A stretch of 64,000 bases of DNA from Gracilinanus agilis (Eukaryota). Below the pieces are notes generated by a model. That model did not search any database and was not told the origin of the DNA. It was given only the letters and a program-made list of their open reading frames with translations. A program made the position numbers and the translations under genes. Below are positions 1 to 15,358 of this stretch, piece after piece. Position 1 is the first letter of the stretch; the number at the start of each line of letters is the position of its first letter. The stretch is taken from NCBI RefSeq assembly GCF_016433145.1, contig NC_058133.1:200521342-200585341 (forward strand). Reading direction: 5' to 3'.

Positions 1-1718
1 GCCTAGGTCCATACCTATTCTCACACTTGGAATGCCTCCCCTTGTTCTCTACTTGTCTAACTCCTTCACTTAATTAAAAATCCAACCCAAATATAACTTT
101 GGGGCATACTTCTTCCTCTGAACTCCTGTGTCACTTACTACTTATTATCGCTGATATCTAATTGACTCTTAGCTTTTGCTACTGAATTGTTATTCATCCC
201 TCACTCTCATGTCCTCTCCTCTCTGAGGGTTAGGATTGTGTCTTCCAAGTCTACCTATCTATCTGCATCCCTGGGGCCCAGATCATAACTCTTGCTACAA
301 ATACGGACATCGACAAGACAAAACTATATGCTTCTAGTATATTCCCCTTCTGTGCTTTCCAAATATTAAACTAACATAGACAGAGGATAGGAATTTGTCT
401 CTCCTGTTTCTCAAGACTTCTGGCTAATAGTTAACATGATATAGCTAAATTACAGCTGCAAAAAGGGTTCCCATGATTTTGCTTTATATATTACATATAC
501 TCTGCCATTTGTAATAGGTTCTTACTGTCTACACTAGTGGGTCTCAGTCTGATACTAGATATCAGGCAATCTATGCTTGAAAAGGCCTTCTGAAATGAAG
601 TCCAATATCCCCATTTGTCTTTCTTTTTTTAGTTCTTAGAAAGAGGTATTTACTGAGATATAACAGTAAGAGCAGTTGGCATAAAAACATCCCCACCAAA
701 ATCTGTAACTTACTCTCCCCACCAATCTATATGGAGTCTTGGGGAAAGGGGGCTCAAGTTTAGAATAAATCTTCTCATTCTAAAGATAGGAAGTCCTAGG
801 TTCAAATCTAGCCTCAGACACTTCCTAGCTGTATTTACCCCAAGCAAGCTGTAAACCCCACTGCCTAGCCCTTATACTTAAAAAAAATTATTATTAATAA
901 TCTTTATCTTCCATCTTAAAATCAATACTGTATATTGGTTCCAAGGTAGAAGAGCAGTAAGGGCTAGGCAATGGGGGTTAAGTGACTTGCCCAGGGTCAC
1001 ACAACTAGGAAGTATCTGAAACCAGCTTTGAACCCAGGACCTCTCATCTCCAGGTCTGGCATTCAATCTGCTGAGCCACCTAGCTTCTCCCCTTACTGCT
1101 TTTCTGCCATGGAACTGATAATTAGTATTGATTCTAAGACAGACAATAAGAGTTAAAAAAAAAAAAGACCCAATAATATATAAAGACTGAGAATAAAGAC
1201 TGAGAATCTTCAAGGACCAGGGAGGCTTAGATATGAAAGCTACAGGCTTTCAATTTGGGGAGCTGGGGCAGGAGCTCCAAAGTAAAGAAGCCAAGAAGCT
1301 CATATAATAGATTAACTGAACATCCACAGAAAGAGGACTATACATACTCACTGCAAATCCAATATAGAGACCTTTGAACCAGTCTTCTCAGGAACCTTGG
1401 CAGACTGCACTGAACTACTAGAAAGGCCAATGATAACAGATGCTCTGTATCTAACTAATGTGCCCCAAAGTACTTTGTTGGCTTAAGGCATTCCTGGTTT
1501 CAGGGTATGTACTATATCAGGAGAGTTTTCATTCTAAAGATTTATTCCTCCCTTTTTCCCATCTTTTTTTTCTACCACTTAAGCTTCTTTAACATTCAGA
1601 ATTCACTTGATCCCAAAAAGTGGCCTGGGGAAGGAAAAGAATACTCAAGATGAGGATAGAAGTCAGAAAAAAGCTCCCACAGAGGACTCTGGCGGGATGC
1701 CAAAATCTGACCCATTCA

Positions 1719-1994
<276 letters not shown>

Positions 1995-3150
1995 CTAAAT
2001 GGGCTTACATAATAGGCTCGGCATTGCCAACAGTTTGACCCAAGAGAGTGATATGATGGAGTAGTTTCCTAACTCATTAACAAGCTGACTTCCCAGAGTT
2101 GGTAATATTATACATAATTTTGGAACAAGTTAACTGCCCTGGACTAACAAGGGGCAAACTAGAGGCCAAAGATTTTACAAAAGAGAACACATATCAACTG
2201 TGCTAAGATATGAAAGAATTTCAGAGAAATGGCAATTATACTAACACACTTGGAATAGTCCCTCATGCAGACACTTGTCTTGCCCAGGTCACACTCTGAG
2301 GCCACATTTGAACCCAGGTCCTCTCAACTCCAAGCCTGGCTATCTGACATTGTGCTGGGATAGCTGCCCCTTTACTTTGAATCTTAAGAGTTTCTATTTT
2401 TTTTTTTTTTTACACTCACAAACTGAAACACGGTCTGAGTTTAGGCCTATGAATCAAGCTCTCCTAACTCTGTCCTAATATAGGATCACAGATTTAGAAC
2501 TGAAAGGAATCTTGGGAGTTGTATGGGACAGAACTAGTCCAATGCCTTCATTTTTAAAGATGAGGATACTGAGGAGGAGTGAGATTTGTAGATTTGCCCA
2601 ATATTATATAAATAAGTAGCAGGACTAAGATTTGAACCTGTCTCTAAAACCCATCATTTCACCTATGGTACCATAAAAATTCATTAAGACCATTTTGATG
2701 CTTAGTCTCCTCTTCAGTCAAAACAAAAACTTCTCTCCCATTTTGCTTTTGCCACTGAACTACCTGAGCAAAGGACATCTTTATCTGTGGTCCCTTACCA
2801 AGTGAATCAGACACTAAGATCTAAAAGTCTAACCATGAATACTTTTTTTATCCCTTTGCCTTTACCCTCATACTCTCATTACATAACATCCTCTCCCTGA
2901 AGATTCACTCTCATAAGCCTTTACACTTGTTCTCTTTCTGCACAAAGAACCTTTACAATACTGCCAGACAAAACTCCCTAGAACTAACATCTCTGCTCAA
3001 AATCCACCAGAAGTCCCCTCTTTTAGACTAAACTAATTTTAAACTCTTTATTAGCCTGGCATTCAACACCCTCTGATCTGGTGCCACCCTATTTTCCCAG
3101 TCTTACCTCATAATGATATTTATAAGTTTTACATTTTAAATCCACTATAT

Positions 3151-3833
3151 TGTGAAAATAGAATTACCCTCCTTTTGTCTTTTAATGTAATCAATCAGCA
3201 ACTTTTAACTTGATCAATCAAGAACTTTGGAATTCCCCTCCTTTCTAACTTAATCAGTCAGAAACTTGAAGATCCTTTTGATCAAATCCTCAGAGACAAG
3301 AGGCGGATCCCACAGGCACTGCCCCCTGAGTAGTGACAGAAACTATGACTGGTTCCTGAGATGTGAGTGGGAGAGCAGAACTCAGGGAGCCCTCACTCTC
3401 TTCAGCGGGACAAGCGCTTCTGTCAGGACATTCTCTTGGGCGTGAGACTCTCTTTGGCAGCTCAGTCTTGGCAGCTCATACCCTCTTTTGGTTGGAGACA
3501 CTCTCATGAGCTGGTGAGATTTGCATTCACACTCTGGAGGCACTTGGATTCCAACTCAGACACTGACTGAAGGAGCTCTCTCTTGGATTGGTGAGACTCT
3601 TGCTGAGTAAGAGGATTGGTGAGACCTAAGGAAGCCTTCATTGGTGGTGAGCTGGATCCTATCAGATCAGCACTTAGGATATTTAGCTAGGCAATATTTT
3701 CTACCTTCTTCCTACATTTCCCTCTTTTTAAAAAAAATTTCTATTAAACCAAATTGTTAAAAGCTACTAACAGCCTCATAAACTAATATTTAATTATTAT
3801 AAACGGTGACCACAACCTTTTTTAACTATTACA
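3151..3833 (+). mobile_element. Solo ERV LTR (683 bp)
   Basis: TG...CA termini with a perfect 4-bp TSD (ATAT at 3147-3150 and 3834-3837); ATTAAA near the 3' end. Confidence 0.75.
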
Positions 3834-4506
3834 ATATCAACTGGGCAGTCATAACTATAAAGCAATCCTTCTATTCCTACCTAATTGCCTCTTCCACTGA
3901 TCATTCTCACAATATCTCCTTCCCCTACCTTTTCAGCCAAGAATATTATCTTACACTTCAGAAAACATCACGGTGATTAGTAGAAAGTTCTTTCTTTTCT
4001 CCTCCTCACTGCACATTCCACTGACATCGTCCCCCATTATGTCCTCCTTCACTGCTGTCTCTGATAAAGAGGTGATCCTTCTTGCCATGGCCAAGCCTTC
4101 TCCATGTTCCCTCCATCCCTTCGACAATAGAAAACCCTATCATCTATATTCTAACTTTTTAAAATCACTTACTTTCCATCTTAGAGTCAAATATTGGTTC
4201 CAAGGCAGAAGAGTGGTAAGGGCTTGACAATGGGAGTTAAGTGACTTGCCCAAGGTTACTCAGCTAGGAAGTATCTGAGGGCACATATGAACCCAGGACT
4301 TTCTATCACTAGACTTGGTGCTCTGTCCACTGAGTTACCTGGCTACCCCTAGAATGCCTTGGCCTTCCTTCAAGACTTGGCTCAAGTGCCATTTTCTGGA
4401 GACCTTTCTGGGTTCTCTTAGCTGCTTGACTAGCCTTCCCCATCTAAGGCTACCTTCCATCTACTTTGTGTATGTCTTATAAATTTACAGATAGTGTGCA
4501 TGCGTG

Positions 4507-4531
4507 TACACACACACACACACACACACAC
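4507..4531 (+). repeat. (CA)n microsatellite
   Basis: Seen directly. Confidence 0.9.
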
Positions 4532-6631
4532 CCCATCACTGAAATGTAAATTCCTTGAGGGCACGGACTTTTCTCTGTATTCCTAGAAATTAACACAGGG
4601 CCTGGCATGTAGTAAGTGACCACATATGATCCATATAACATTCCTGTGAGGCAAGTTCTCCAGACATCATTATCCCCTTCTAACAGATGAAGAGGGAGCT
4701 AACAGACAAAGTGACTAGGTCACTGTTGTAGCCAATCCCTCTCCACCCAATCTTGTGCATTCTCTTGTGCGTAATGACCTTATCCTCATACAGCCCAGAC
4801 TTCACAAACATTGGGAACCCTTTACAGGTAATTCTCATGTATTATGAAAGATGGTCCAATTAGACCTAAGCTCCATAAGAACATGGATGAAGGTTTCTTA
4901 AATTTCCCGTCTCCCCACGAATGGGGTGTCAAACCCAGTAGTCACTTACTCAATGTTTGCTGAGTGAATTCAAAGTTCCTACAGAGAAAGCCTCCTGAGG
5001 GATCATTTAGTACCCAGACTGTAGTACATCTAAGACCTACTACTTTTTCTTTCTTCTTCTCCTGTTGAGCTTTCACAGATACCAGAATAACTTCCCTAAA
5101 GCACAAGTCTGACCATGTTGTTACTTGGCTAGAGAACTGTGAGCAGAGCCTTATAGCCTCTAGCTCAGCATTTAAAATCCTTCACTATCTGGCCCAGCTT
5201 GCCTCTTTCTCCCCTTCCCACGTGCTAAAATGGCTCTTATGGGCTGTCTTCTGGGGCTCTTCCCAGACCATCCATCTCCTGTACTGGAATCAGGAGCCAC
5301 TTCTTTACATCCAAAGCTCAGCACACGCATCATCTCTTACTGGACTCCTCTCCTGGTGCACTTTGGTGTGGGCACCTAACTTCTCACCATGTGGGCACCT
5401 ATCAGTTAATATCTCCCTAAAGTCCCCCAAGAGAGTGTTGGCTCCTCAGAGGTAGGAACTGCTTATGTTTTGTCTTTGTAATCCCAGAGCTTGGTCCAGA
5501 GTAAGTGCTTGACTTAATAAATGCTTGTCAGATTAGAAAAGTAAATACCTACAAGGCAGGATAAGCAAAGAAGGACAGACAAACTATGTTATAAAGCAAT
5601 AAAAACTACAAAAGAATTGCAATAAATCTTCTTAGGAGTCTGAGAAGTCAAAAGACTCCTGAAAGTGGTTTTGTATGCTGTCCATTCAATCACTGCTTTT
5701 AATTCCCTACAGTGGAATAACGTTTTAAGGGACAAAGCATTTTTACACACAGGATAGGTCTAGATGACTGTTTTATGGAATCTTAGGACTAGAAGAGACC
5801 TCTAAAGATTATCCAGTTCATTTCTTTGCTTTCACACCAAGTCGCACCTAATCCACTGAGTGTGGTAGGTGGTGGTAGTGATGATAATGTTAGTAGTAGT
5901 AGAATCAGCAATAGGTGGTTTGCAATTGAGTCTCACAACAACAATGCTGTGAGTTAGGTGCTATTATTTTGCTCATTTTACAGATTATAAAATAGCTCAG
6001 AAAAGTTAAATGACTTATCCAGGTTCACACATCTATTAAAATGTCAAAAGCCTATTCCAAACCCAGTTTTTCCTGACTATGTGCCATGCTGACTCTCTAT
6101 ATGATACAATACAGCACAGGCTTTCCAGTGCTTCATTGGGAAATTCTTTGAGTTTGTCTGGTTGGAAGTTAGGCCTGTTTACAGTAAAAACAAGGAACCT
6201 TGCTGCCACTTACTTAATACTCCTTATACCTGAAGATCTGAGGCTGGTTAGCTCATTTCATTGATTAACACAGTGACAAGAAGACCAAGTTTAGGGTTCA
6301 GCCTTTTATGGCTATAGCCTATATCTCTAACCTTGATCTCTGTAGAAAAAAAAATCTCACCTTGTCAATACTGGGTCACAAGCAACATCTTTTTCTATGT
6401 CAAACACACTAACTTGGACCATTAAGTCCCATCAATCTTTGGCCTTTTACCTAAGCCAAATTACCCTGGTGCTTCCTACCTATTTGTGGCCTTGAGCAAT
6501 CCATTCATTGCTTTGGCCTCTTCCTCTCCTGAGGACCCTTCTAGCTCTAGGACTCTGAGCCTAAAAAATTCTATCCCTTGAGATCACACCAATTCACCCC
6601 TATCTGGTTCTCCCAAATCACTTCAGGCTTA

Positions 6632-6862
<231 letters not shown>

Positions 6863-7624
6863 CTAAGGAACACCAGTCTCAGGGAATGGAGTAGGAACCA
6901 TGAAAGACCCTCAGCATGGCTACAACATGAGCAAAGAAGGAAAGAAACTTGGGACAGCAGATAAGCTCCCTTACTTTTGAGGCAAGAGCTGTGATTAGTC
7001 AGAAGGAAGCACTATTTGTAAAGAACTTTGCAAACCTTAAAGCACTACAGAAATGCTAGCTCTTGTTTTTGTTGTTACTCTTATTACTTGAAGATGCAGG
7101 AATATCTAGCTAGGAACCAATAGCTCCACCTACTGGCCATCTTGCCAATGGCATACAAGTGAAGAATTCTTTTTTTATAATGGGTATGGCTTCCTAACTA
7201 CTTGGCAAGGGCAGTTTTGTGGAAGCCAAGACAAACCTGTCCACACAACCATAATATCCTTTCTCATCAGAGGTTTCCAACTCTTATCACTAATTCAACT
7301 AAAACCATTATCTTAGAAGAAATATTTTAAATCCATTTATGCCTGTTCCTTCCATCCCCTGCCAAGATTACAATGTTCTCTTCGTTTCCTAAATGCTATT
7401 GAGTTCCATTGATTCTCAGCCCCACAAAGGCAGTGAATTGATTATATGTCCTCTTAAGAACCAATGCTGAATTTGATTCGCTGTCCTTAAATCAGCACAA
7501 AACTGGAATTTAGTCACATAGCTATCTCAATTAATCAACAAAACTTCTGAATCCTTCTCATTCTTTTGCTTTGGGAATTATTTAAAGCAAATACAAAGGC
7601 AGGGGGTTAAGATAACATTGTCCA

Positions 7625-8209
<585 letters not shown>

Positions 8210-8499
8210 TTAAGCACTGGTAGTCTCATTGTTTAATTGTGTCTGATTTTTACAGCCCCATTTGGGATTTTCTTGGGAAAGATATTGGAGTGGTTTGCCA
8301 TTTCCCAACTCATTTTCTAGGTGAGGAAACTGAGGCAAATAGTGTGAAATGACTTGCTCAGGGTCACCCAGCTAGTAAGTGTCTGAGTCTAGATTTGAAC
8401 TGGGGTCTTTCCGGCTCCAGGCTCAGCACTCTAGCCACCGCACCAGCAAGCTGCCCTATTATCTATAACATAATATCTATTATTTAATATATATTCCTA

Positions 8500-9830
8500 A
8501 GCAGGAGAGATTTAAAGTGTTATGGACATCCCCCAAAATCTTTCCAAAGTTACTAAGGATCTTAAGTTGCCAAATCCAATGGCCTGTTCTCAATCCTCAC
8601 TTTCCTTAATTTCTCTGTAGGCTTTGAAATTGCTGAACATTCTCTCTTCTCTCTAGACATTCAGGATATATTTTCTCCTGGTTTTCTCTTTTCTATCTGT
8701 CTCCTCTTTTTTTCTGTGTCCTTTTCTGGGTCCTCTTCCAGATCACTGGTTCTGTCCTGGGACATCTCTTCTTCCTCTATACTTCACTTGGGGATCTCCT
8801 CAGCTCCCATGGATTTAATGATCATCTCTATGCTGATGATTCTCAAATGTACTTATTTTGCTCCAATATTTCTGCTGAACTCCAATCTCACATTGCCAAC
8901 TGCCTTTTGGACATCTCAAACTGAATGTCCATTAGATAGTTTTATTCAGTATGTCTAAAATGGAACTAAGGCCTTCTCTTTCCCTTAAACTCTACTCCCC
9001 CCATCCCCCACCCCACTTCTGTATTATTGTAGAGGGCAACACCGTCCTTCCTCCCTGACCCTTAGGCTCTGACTTTAGGAGTCATCCTGGATTCCTCAGT
9101 CTCTTACCTCTCCTATCCAAACTGCTGTCAGTTTCACCTCTGCAGCATCTCTCAAACACACCTCTTTTGCTCCTCTGACGCATAGGCCCTCATCACCTTG
9201 TATGGGTTCTTACAATAGCCTGCTAGCGGGTTGGCCTGCCTCAGGTCTCTCCTCACTCCAATCCATCCTCCACTCAGCCACTAAAACAGTTTTCTTAAAG
9301 TGCAGATCTGAACTTGTCACCCCCTATTTAACTCAATAAACTACAGAGGCTCCCTATTGCCTCTGGAAGCAAACACAAAATGCTGTTTGGCACTCAGGCC
9401 TTCATAACTTAGCCTTGGTCTCCTTATACCTCTCTTCTCAACATGTAGTCCTCAATCCAGTGGTACTGGTCTCTAGGCTGTTCCAGGAACAAGACACTCC
9501 CTCTCTAGGATCTGAACATTCAATCTGGTTCTCCCCCATGTCTGGAATACTCTCCCTTCTCTGCTCTGACTACTGACCTCCCTGGCTTCCTTTAAATCCC
9601 AACTAAAATACCACCTTGTGCCTTTCCTAACCCCTCTTAATTCTCATGCCCTCTATCTTTTATTTCCTATCTATACTGTATACAGCCTGCTTTATAAATT
9701 TGTGTTTACTTGTTATTTTCCCCATATTTGTAAGCTAATTGAGGGCAAGAACAATCTTTTGTCTCCTGTATCTTTAGCATTTAGCACAGTGCCTGGCACA
9801 TAGTAGGTTTAATACATGTTTACTAAGATA
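8500..9830 (+). mobile_element. L2 3' fragment
   Basis: Ends with the typical L2 tail CACAGTGCCTGGCACATAGTAGG. Confidence 0.7.
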
Positions 9831-9834
9831 TGAA

Positions 9835-10790
9835 TAGGTAGTTTTCAGATGAAGAAATCAAAAGTTCTCAATAATCACATGAAAAAATGTTCTAAATCCC
9901 TCTTGATTAAAGAAATGCAAATTAAAACAACTCTGAGGTACCACTTCTCACCTATCAGATTGGCCAATATGACAGTAAAAGAAAATGATAAATGGTGGAA
10001 GGATGTGGCAAAATTAGGATGCTAATGCATTGCTGGGGGAGTTGTGAATTGATCCAACCATTCTGGAGGGCAACTTGGAATTATGCCCAAAAGACTATAA
10101 AACCCTCTGATCCTGTAATACCACTACTGGTTCTAATACCAAAGGGATTTTAAAAAATGGGAAAGGACCTGTTTGTACAAAATTATTTATAGCCGTACTT
10201 TTTGTGGTGGTAACGAATTGGAAACTAAAAGGATGTCCCTCCATCGGGGAATGACTGAACAAATTGTGGTATATGATGGTGACGAAATACTACTATACTA
10301 TAAGGAATAATGAACAGGATGATTTCAGAAAGAGTTGGAAAGATCTATGTGAACTGATGCAGAGTGAAATAAGCAGAACCAGGAAAACATTATACAAAGT
10401 AAATGAAACAATATAGAACAATCGACTGTAATAGGCTTTGCTACTAACAGCAAAACAATGATCTAGGACAATTCTGAGGGGCTTATGAAAAAGAATGCTA
10501 TTCACCTCCAGGGGAAAAAAACAACTGTTGGGAGTAGAAATGCAGATGAAAGCATATGCTTTATCACTTATTTATTTGGATATATGATTTAGTTTTATAA
10601 GATTATTCACTTATAAAAATGAATAATTTGGAAATTTGTTTTATGTGCTAATACATGGATAACCCAGATTGAATTGCTTGTCAGCACCAGGAGGAGGGAG
10701 GGAAGAAGGGAGAAAAATAATATGGATCATATAACTTTGGAAAACTTATGTGAAAATTTGTTATTAAAATTAAAAAAAATTTTAAATGTT
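9835..10790 (+). mobile_element. 5'-truncated L1 (ORF2 end plus 3'UTR) inserted at the tail of the L2
   Basis: L1 ORF2 C-terminal sequence (AAAGAAATGCAAATTAAAACAACTCTGAGGTACCAC); ATGTTTACT occurs on both sides. Confidence 0.8.
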
Positions 10791-10913
10791 TACTGATTGA
10801 CTGAAACACAAGAATGTGCTAGTCTACTCTGGAAATTTAGAGTGTTAAGGAAAAGACATGGCTTAAAGACTAAAGAATGACTTATACTAGTTATGCCAGC
10901 AGACACAATCCTA

Positions 10914-11024
<111 letters not shown>

Positions 11025-11614
11025 TTACACTGGATACAGTAAGCATGGAACAACATTTAAGAAAATTGAAACTGACTCTATCTTAACAGAAATCATAAAA
11101 ACAGACATCTGTGTAGTGCTTTAAAGTTCACAAAGTGCTTCACAGACATTATCTAATTTAGTTTTCACAAGAGTACTGAGATAGCTATTCCAAGCATATT
11201 ATTAATGAAGCAATATAATATTGATATGAGAGAGTCAGCCAAAATTAGATGCTAGAGTATAGTCGGATAATTAAGCTAAAGTCAAAATGAAAACTAAATT
11301 AGAAAAAAAGAAAGAAATTTAGGTGGCAAGATCTAAACTTAAGAGAGCATTGAGTTTGAGGTCATGCTGTACCAGAGGTCTTGTCAACTAAAGATGAACT
11401 GATAATCTTATCTTCCCCTGAGAGCCTCCCAATCCTACATAAAGAGTATGTGATTTTTATCTAAGCCTCTTCTGCTATGAGGAAAGAAGAAAAGATTTTG
11501 AACAGTCACTGTAGGAAATGTAATGCTGTCAATTAAGGAAGGTGAGGGTGACCTAATTTCTATGCCTAGGATGAGTAGGATTTTTGACTATGAATGGCTT
11601 AGAGTTAATTCTAC

Positions 11615-11860
11615 TTACACATAACAAGGCACAGCAACTCTATGAAGAACTGCCCATAGATCCTGGCAAAGTTCACAGTTTGTTACAATTGGGATTTACT
11701 GCTCAGGAAGCTTGGGTTGGCCTGAGGGCTTGTGATGAGAATGTGGGTCATATTACCAACCAAAGAGGAAATTGCCCAAATAAAGAAAGAAGAAAAAGAC
11801 AACTGGATAACATAAATTCTTTGAAAGGAATGGGCTACTCAGCTCATGCTGCAAAAGAAG
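11615..11860 (+). pseudogene. NUB1: NUB1-derived intronless fragment (UBA-domain region) in an EFTUD2 intron, antisense to the host gene
   Basis: [41 protein letters not shown]...LDNINSLKGMGYSAHAA resembles recalled NUB1 [41 protein letters not shown]...LENIRFLKGMGYSTHAA; the shifted frame in the middle reads EIAQIKKEEK. Confidence 0.85.
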
Positions 11861-12680
11861 CTCAGCCCCTCAGCCCCGACTCAGCCCAGCCCAGCCCAGC
11901 CTGAGCCAGGCCAAAGCCTTACTCCGTGATCAAAGTGTCCTGCAAACTTTAATGCACCAGGAAAATGTGAACTATTATATATGCATATGAATATAAGCAT
12001 GTTAGATCTGTGAAGTATTCACTGATTAAGGGAGAAGGGGCAAGAGGAGAAATAAAAACATGGATGACAGAGACAGACACATGCCCCATTGACTTACACC
12101 CAAATAAAGAGTTAAACCAAAGGAGGGGTGGCAGTACACAAATGTAAGGAGAAAGGGGATAGATTAAAGCTGGGCTAAAATCTCTTAAAACTTGCTGAAC
12201 CTGTTTTCTTATCTGTAAAATGGGGATAACCCTGCTATACCATATAACTCACTAGGCTATTATTAAGAGCAAATAAAAAAACAATAAAGCATTCTGTCAT
12301 AATAGCTTATTTCATAAATGCAAACTGTTATTATGAATATATTTCTATATGATTATACCATCTTCACAGGATAACATCTTTATCTTATATGCTTGTAATA
12401 TACCACTAATTTTAAAGTCATGCTGAATTTCTGCAACTCTAGGCACTGATTAGGATATTATCGCTTACTGTGGGTCATATCAAGTTCAATTAGTGACTGT
12501 ATGACTTCAAATCTGACTCCCAACTCCACAGCCAGAAGTTCAAGATCCCAAGAGGAAAGGAAGAGGTGTTATAAGTCACTCCATGGTGTTGTCATTCATC
12601 CTCACCCTTATCACCCTGGCAGCTGCTAGATCTGGCAGTCCTACAAAGGAGTAGGAGTTGATTTTCCTAGAGACACTTAC

Positions 12681-12716
12681 CTCTTGCTCAGTGAACAGGA
12701 TGTCTGTGTAGCAGAG
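12681..12716 (-). CDS. EFTUD2: EFTUD2 coding exon 6 (36 nt; LCYTDILFTEQE)
   Basis: Manual translation; acceptor TTTTAG; donor GTAAG. Confidence 0.95.
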
Positions 12717-13600
12717 CTAAAAAATAAAGGGTTCTCATTGTTATCATTATCCAGTTTCAGATTCCTTATCAAACAACATCCTCACCTTTGAACTATAAGC
12801 AAGAGAGGAATTGAAATTGCTAAGAGGCCCCACAATTAAAATTGGGAATTTAGGGCTCTACCTAGTTGGAGGTGGTCACTAGATATTTGAATAAAATACA
12901 TGAATTGGAGAGTACACTAGAGATGATTAAGGGGTAAAACCTGGTACAGCCAGACAGATAAAATCAATCAAACCCATGAAAGGCTTAGAGAGGTGAAGGG
13001 AGCAGAACAGCCTTCTCAGAAACCCCACATGTCAGAACAACCAGTTGGTATTTCCTGAATTTAATTGCCAATAGGTTTCTTGCCACTCACATTTCTTTAC
13101 CCCCCCCCCCCCCAACTTGATGTCTCCCCTGGTCTCCAGGACAGGAACTCAGAATTCCCAATATTAAGTATTTTCAAAAATACCTGGCTGCCAGCATTTA
13201 TTGCAGTGAGACTTCTGGCTACTGCTGCTCTCATTCAGAGGTATTGATATTTATGGTGAAAATGGGCCCCAACTGTGTACTTGTAGACTGCTACTAATAA
13301 GAAGGGATAAAATGTGTAACTCTATATATATTAGGGCAGATGATAAACCCCATGGTGACAACAAACTGCCAGAACTTGGCAGGTGAAGATTCTCTATATT
13401 CAACTGAGAGTTCACACCACCCTCTCAGAGACCATCAGCAGAACCAGAAACTAAAAAAGCAGATGGCATTTTCCATCTATTTATAAAGTAAAAGGAGGTG
13501 TGTATATGTGTGTGCATGGGGAGTCTGGGGTAGATGAGAGAGAAAATGCAAGGCTTCAGAGGATTCAACGTGAACTACCCACAGTAGCAGTTCTACTTAC

Positions 13601-13666
13601 ATCTTGATCATAGCGCTTTCTGATTTCCGGGTGAGTTTGCTCTATTAAGCAATCTACAAAACAGGT
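13601..13666 (-). CDS. EFTUD2: EFTUD2 coding exon 5 (66 nt; [22 protein letters not shown])
   Basis: Manual translation; acceptor TTTGAAG; donor GTAAG. Confidence 0.96.
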
Positions 13667-14142
13667 CTTCAAAGGAAGAGAAAATGAGAACTGTCAACTA
13701 CGTTGGGAAAATTACAACATCAAATGATTATTTTTTTAACCCCAACACAATTGGGAAAAAGGGAAGAGGACTGGGAAAAGAAAAGGCAGGACTGAAGGAA
13801 AGAATGGTATTAAAACTGAAATCAGGTTAATTTTCAAATGAAATAAGATGAATTGTTTCTCAGACAGGTATTCCCCACAGGAAATGAAAACTCATAAAAA
13901 TCAGAGTAAGGCAGTCAGCCAGCCAGCTGAAAGCTCAACCTCTCTTCTTCCACCAAGCTGTAGACACAAGGCTCAGGAAGGCAAATGACTTATAAATAGG
14001 CCCCAATAATAGGCAAGAAAGATGTCCATTCACAGTATGATCTCATAGCATGGAGAGAATCCCAGGAAACAAGAAACTTGCTTAGCAATCCAGCCTGACC
14101 CCTCGCACCAATACATTTTCAATTTTCAGGGATGAACAATCA

Positions 14143-14292
<150 letters not shown>

Positions 14293-15137
14293 TCAGAGGA
14301 TGTCAAGTGGGAGACCTATGCTTCTTAAATTATTTGAGAAATACCTGACTATTCCATATTGGGCATGTTTCAATTTCATAGCATTTGGAAAAGGGCCCTG
14401 AAGTAAAACAAGATTTTCTACTTGTGACTTTAACAATCTGAAAGCATGTGAAAAGGAAAATCCAACCATTATCCCTGCATCTTTATAGATACCCTGGAAC
14501 ATTCATGACCCACAGTGGCACAAGGCAAATTGATTACTAGCCTAGGCTGAACTGTGGATTTGATTTGTGAAAAGAATGTCTAGTGAGTAAACTCACTTGA
14601 CCAGTAAGGAAGGGCAATTGTGCAACTTATACTGTTACAGAGTAGCTGCAGCCCTGGGAGGAATAAGTAACTTCTCCAGGGTCACAAAATCAGTATGGGT
14701 AAAAGGAAAAGCCTTGAACGCCTTTATCCATTGTATCACCCAGTAGCTACAGGTGTCTTTTGGCTGTTTCTAACAGTGAAATCTACTTTTTAGGATAAAG
14801 ATTTGCCATCACTGATGACTTTGAAGGACTGTGATATAGGAAAACCACAAAACAATCAAAAATGAATGTTGAAAAATCACTAAGAACAAGAAAGGCTTCA
14901 ATGGAGAGATGAGGAAGTACCTTCCTCCTATTTCTTTAAAGAGGTGGAAGGACCATGGGTGTAGAACACTATTTTCAGATTTTTTGGATGTTTGATTAAT
15001 TTTACTGATTGCTTTTTCTTATTTTTTTTTCTTTAAAAAATATATTTTGTTATATGGGATGCTTCTCTGGGAAGGGGTACACAAGGGGAAATTTAGAGCA
15101 TATGAAAATATTAAGAAAATTTTATTTAAAAAAAAAA

Positions 15138-15358
15138 GAGGAGGCAGCTTGGTAGCTCAGTGGATTGAGAGTCAGGCCTAGAGACGGGAGGTCCTAGGTT
15201 CAAATCTGGTCTCAGACACTTCCTAGCTGTGTGACCCTGGGCAAGTCACTTGACCCCCATTGCCTACCCTTACCACTCTTCTGCCTTGGAGCCAATACAC
15301 AGTATTGACTCCAAGACAGAAGGTAAGGGTTTAAAAAAAAAAAAAAAAAAAAAAAAAG
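15138..15358 (+). mobile_element. Young full-length SINE1_Mdo/MAR1-type tRNA-derived SINE with a long poly(A) tail
   Basis: A/B boxes (TAGCTCAGTGG; GGTTCAAATC), core GTGTGACCCTGGGCAAGTCACTT, A-tail, TSD-like AAAAGAGGA. Many related copies occur in the window (e.g. 875-1100, 4150-4330, 23860-24070, 29642-29842, 36890-37090, 39055-39266, 48190-48395, 50270-50462, 51826-52020, 53035-53225, 61410-61610, 63345-63530). Confidence 0.85.
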
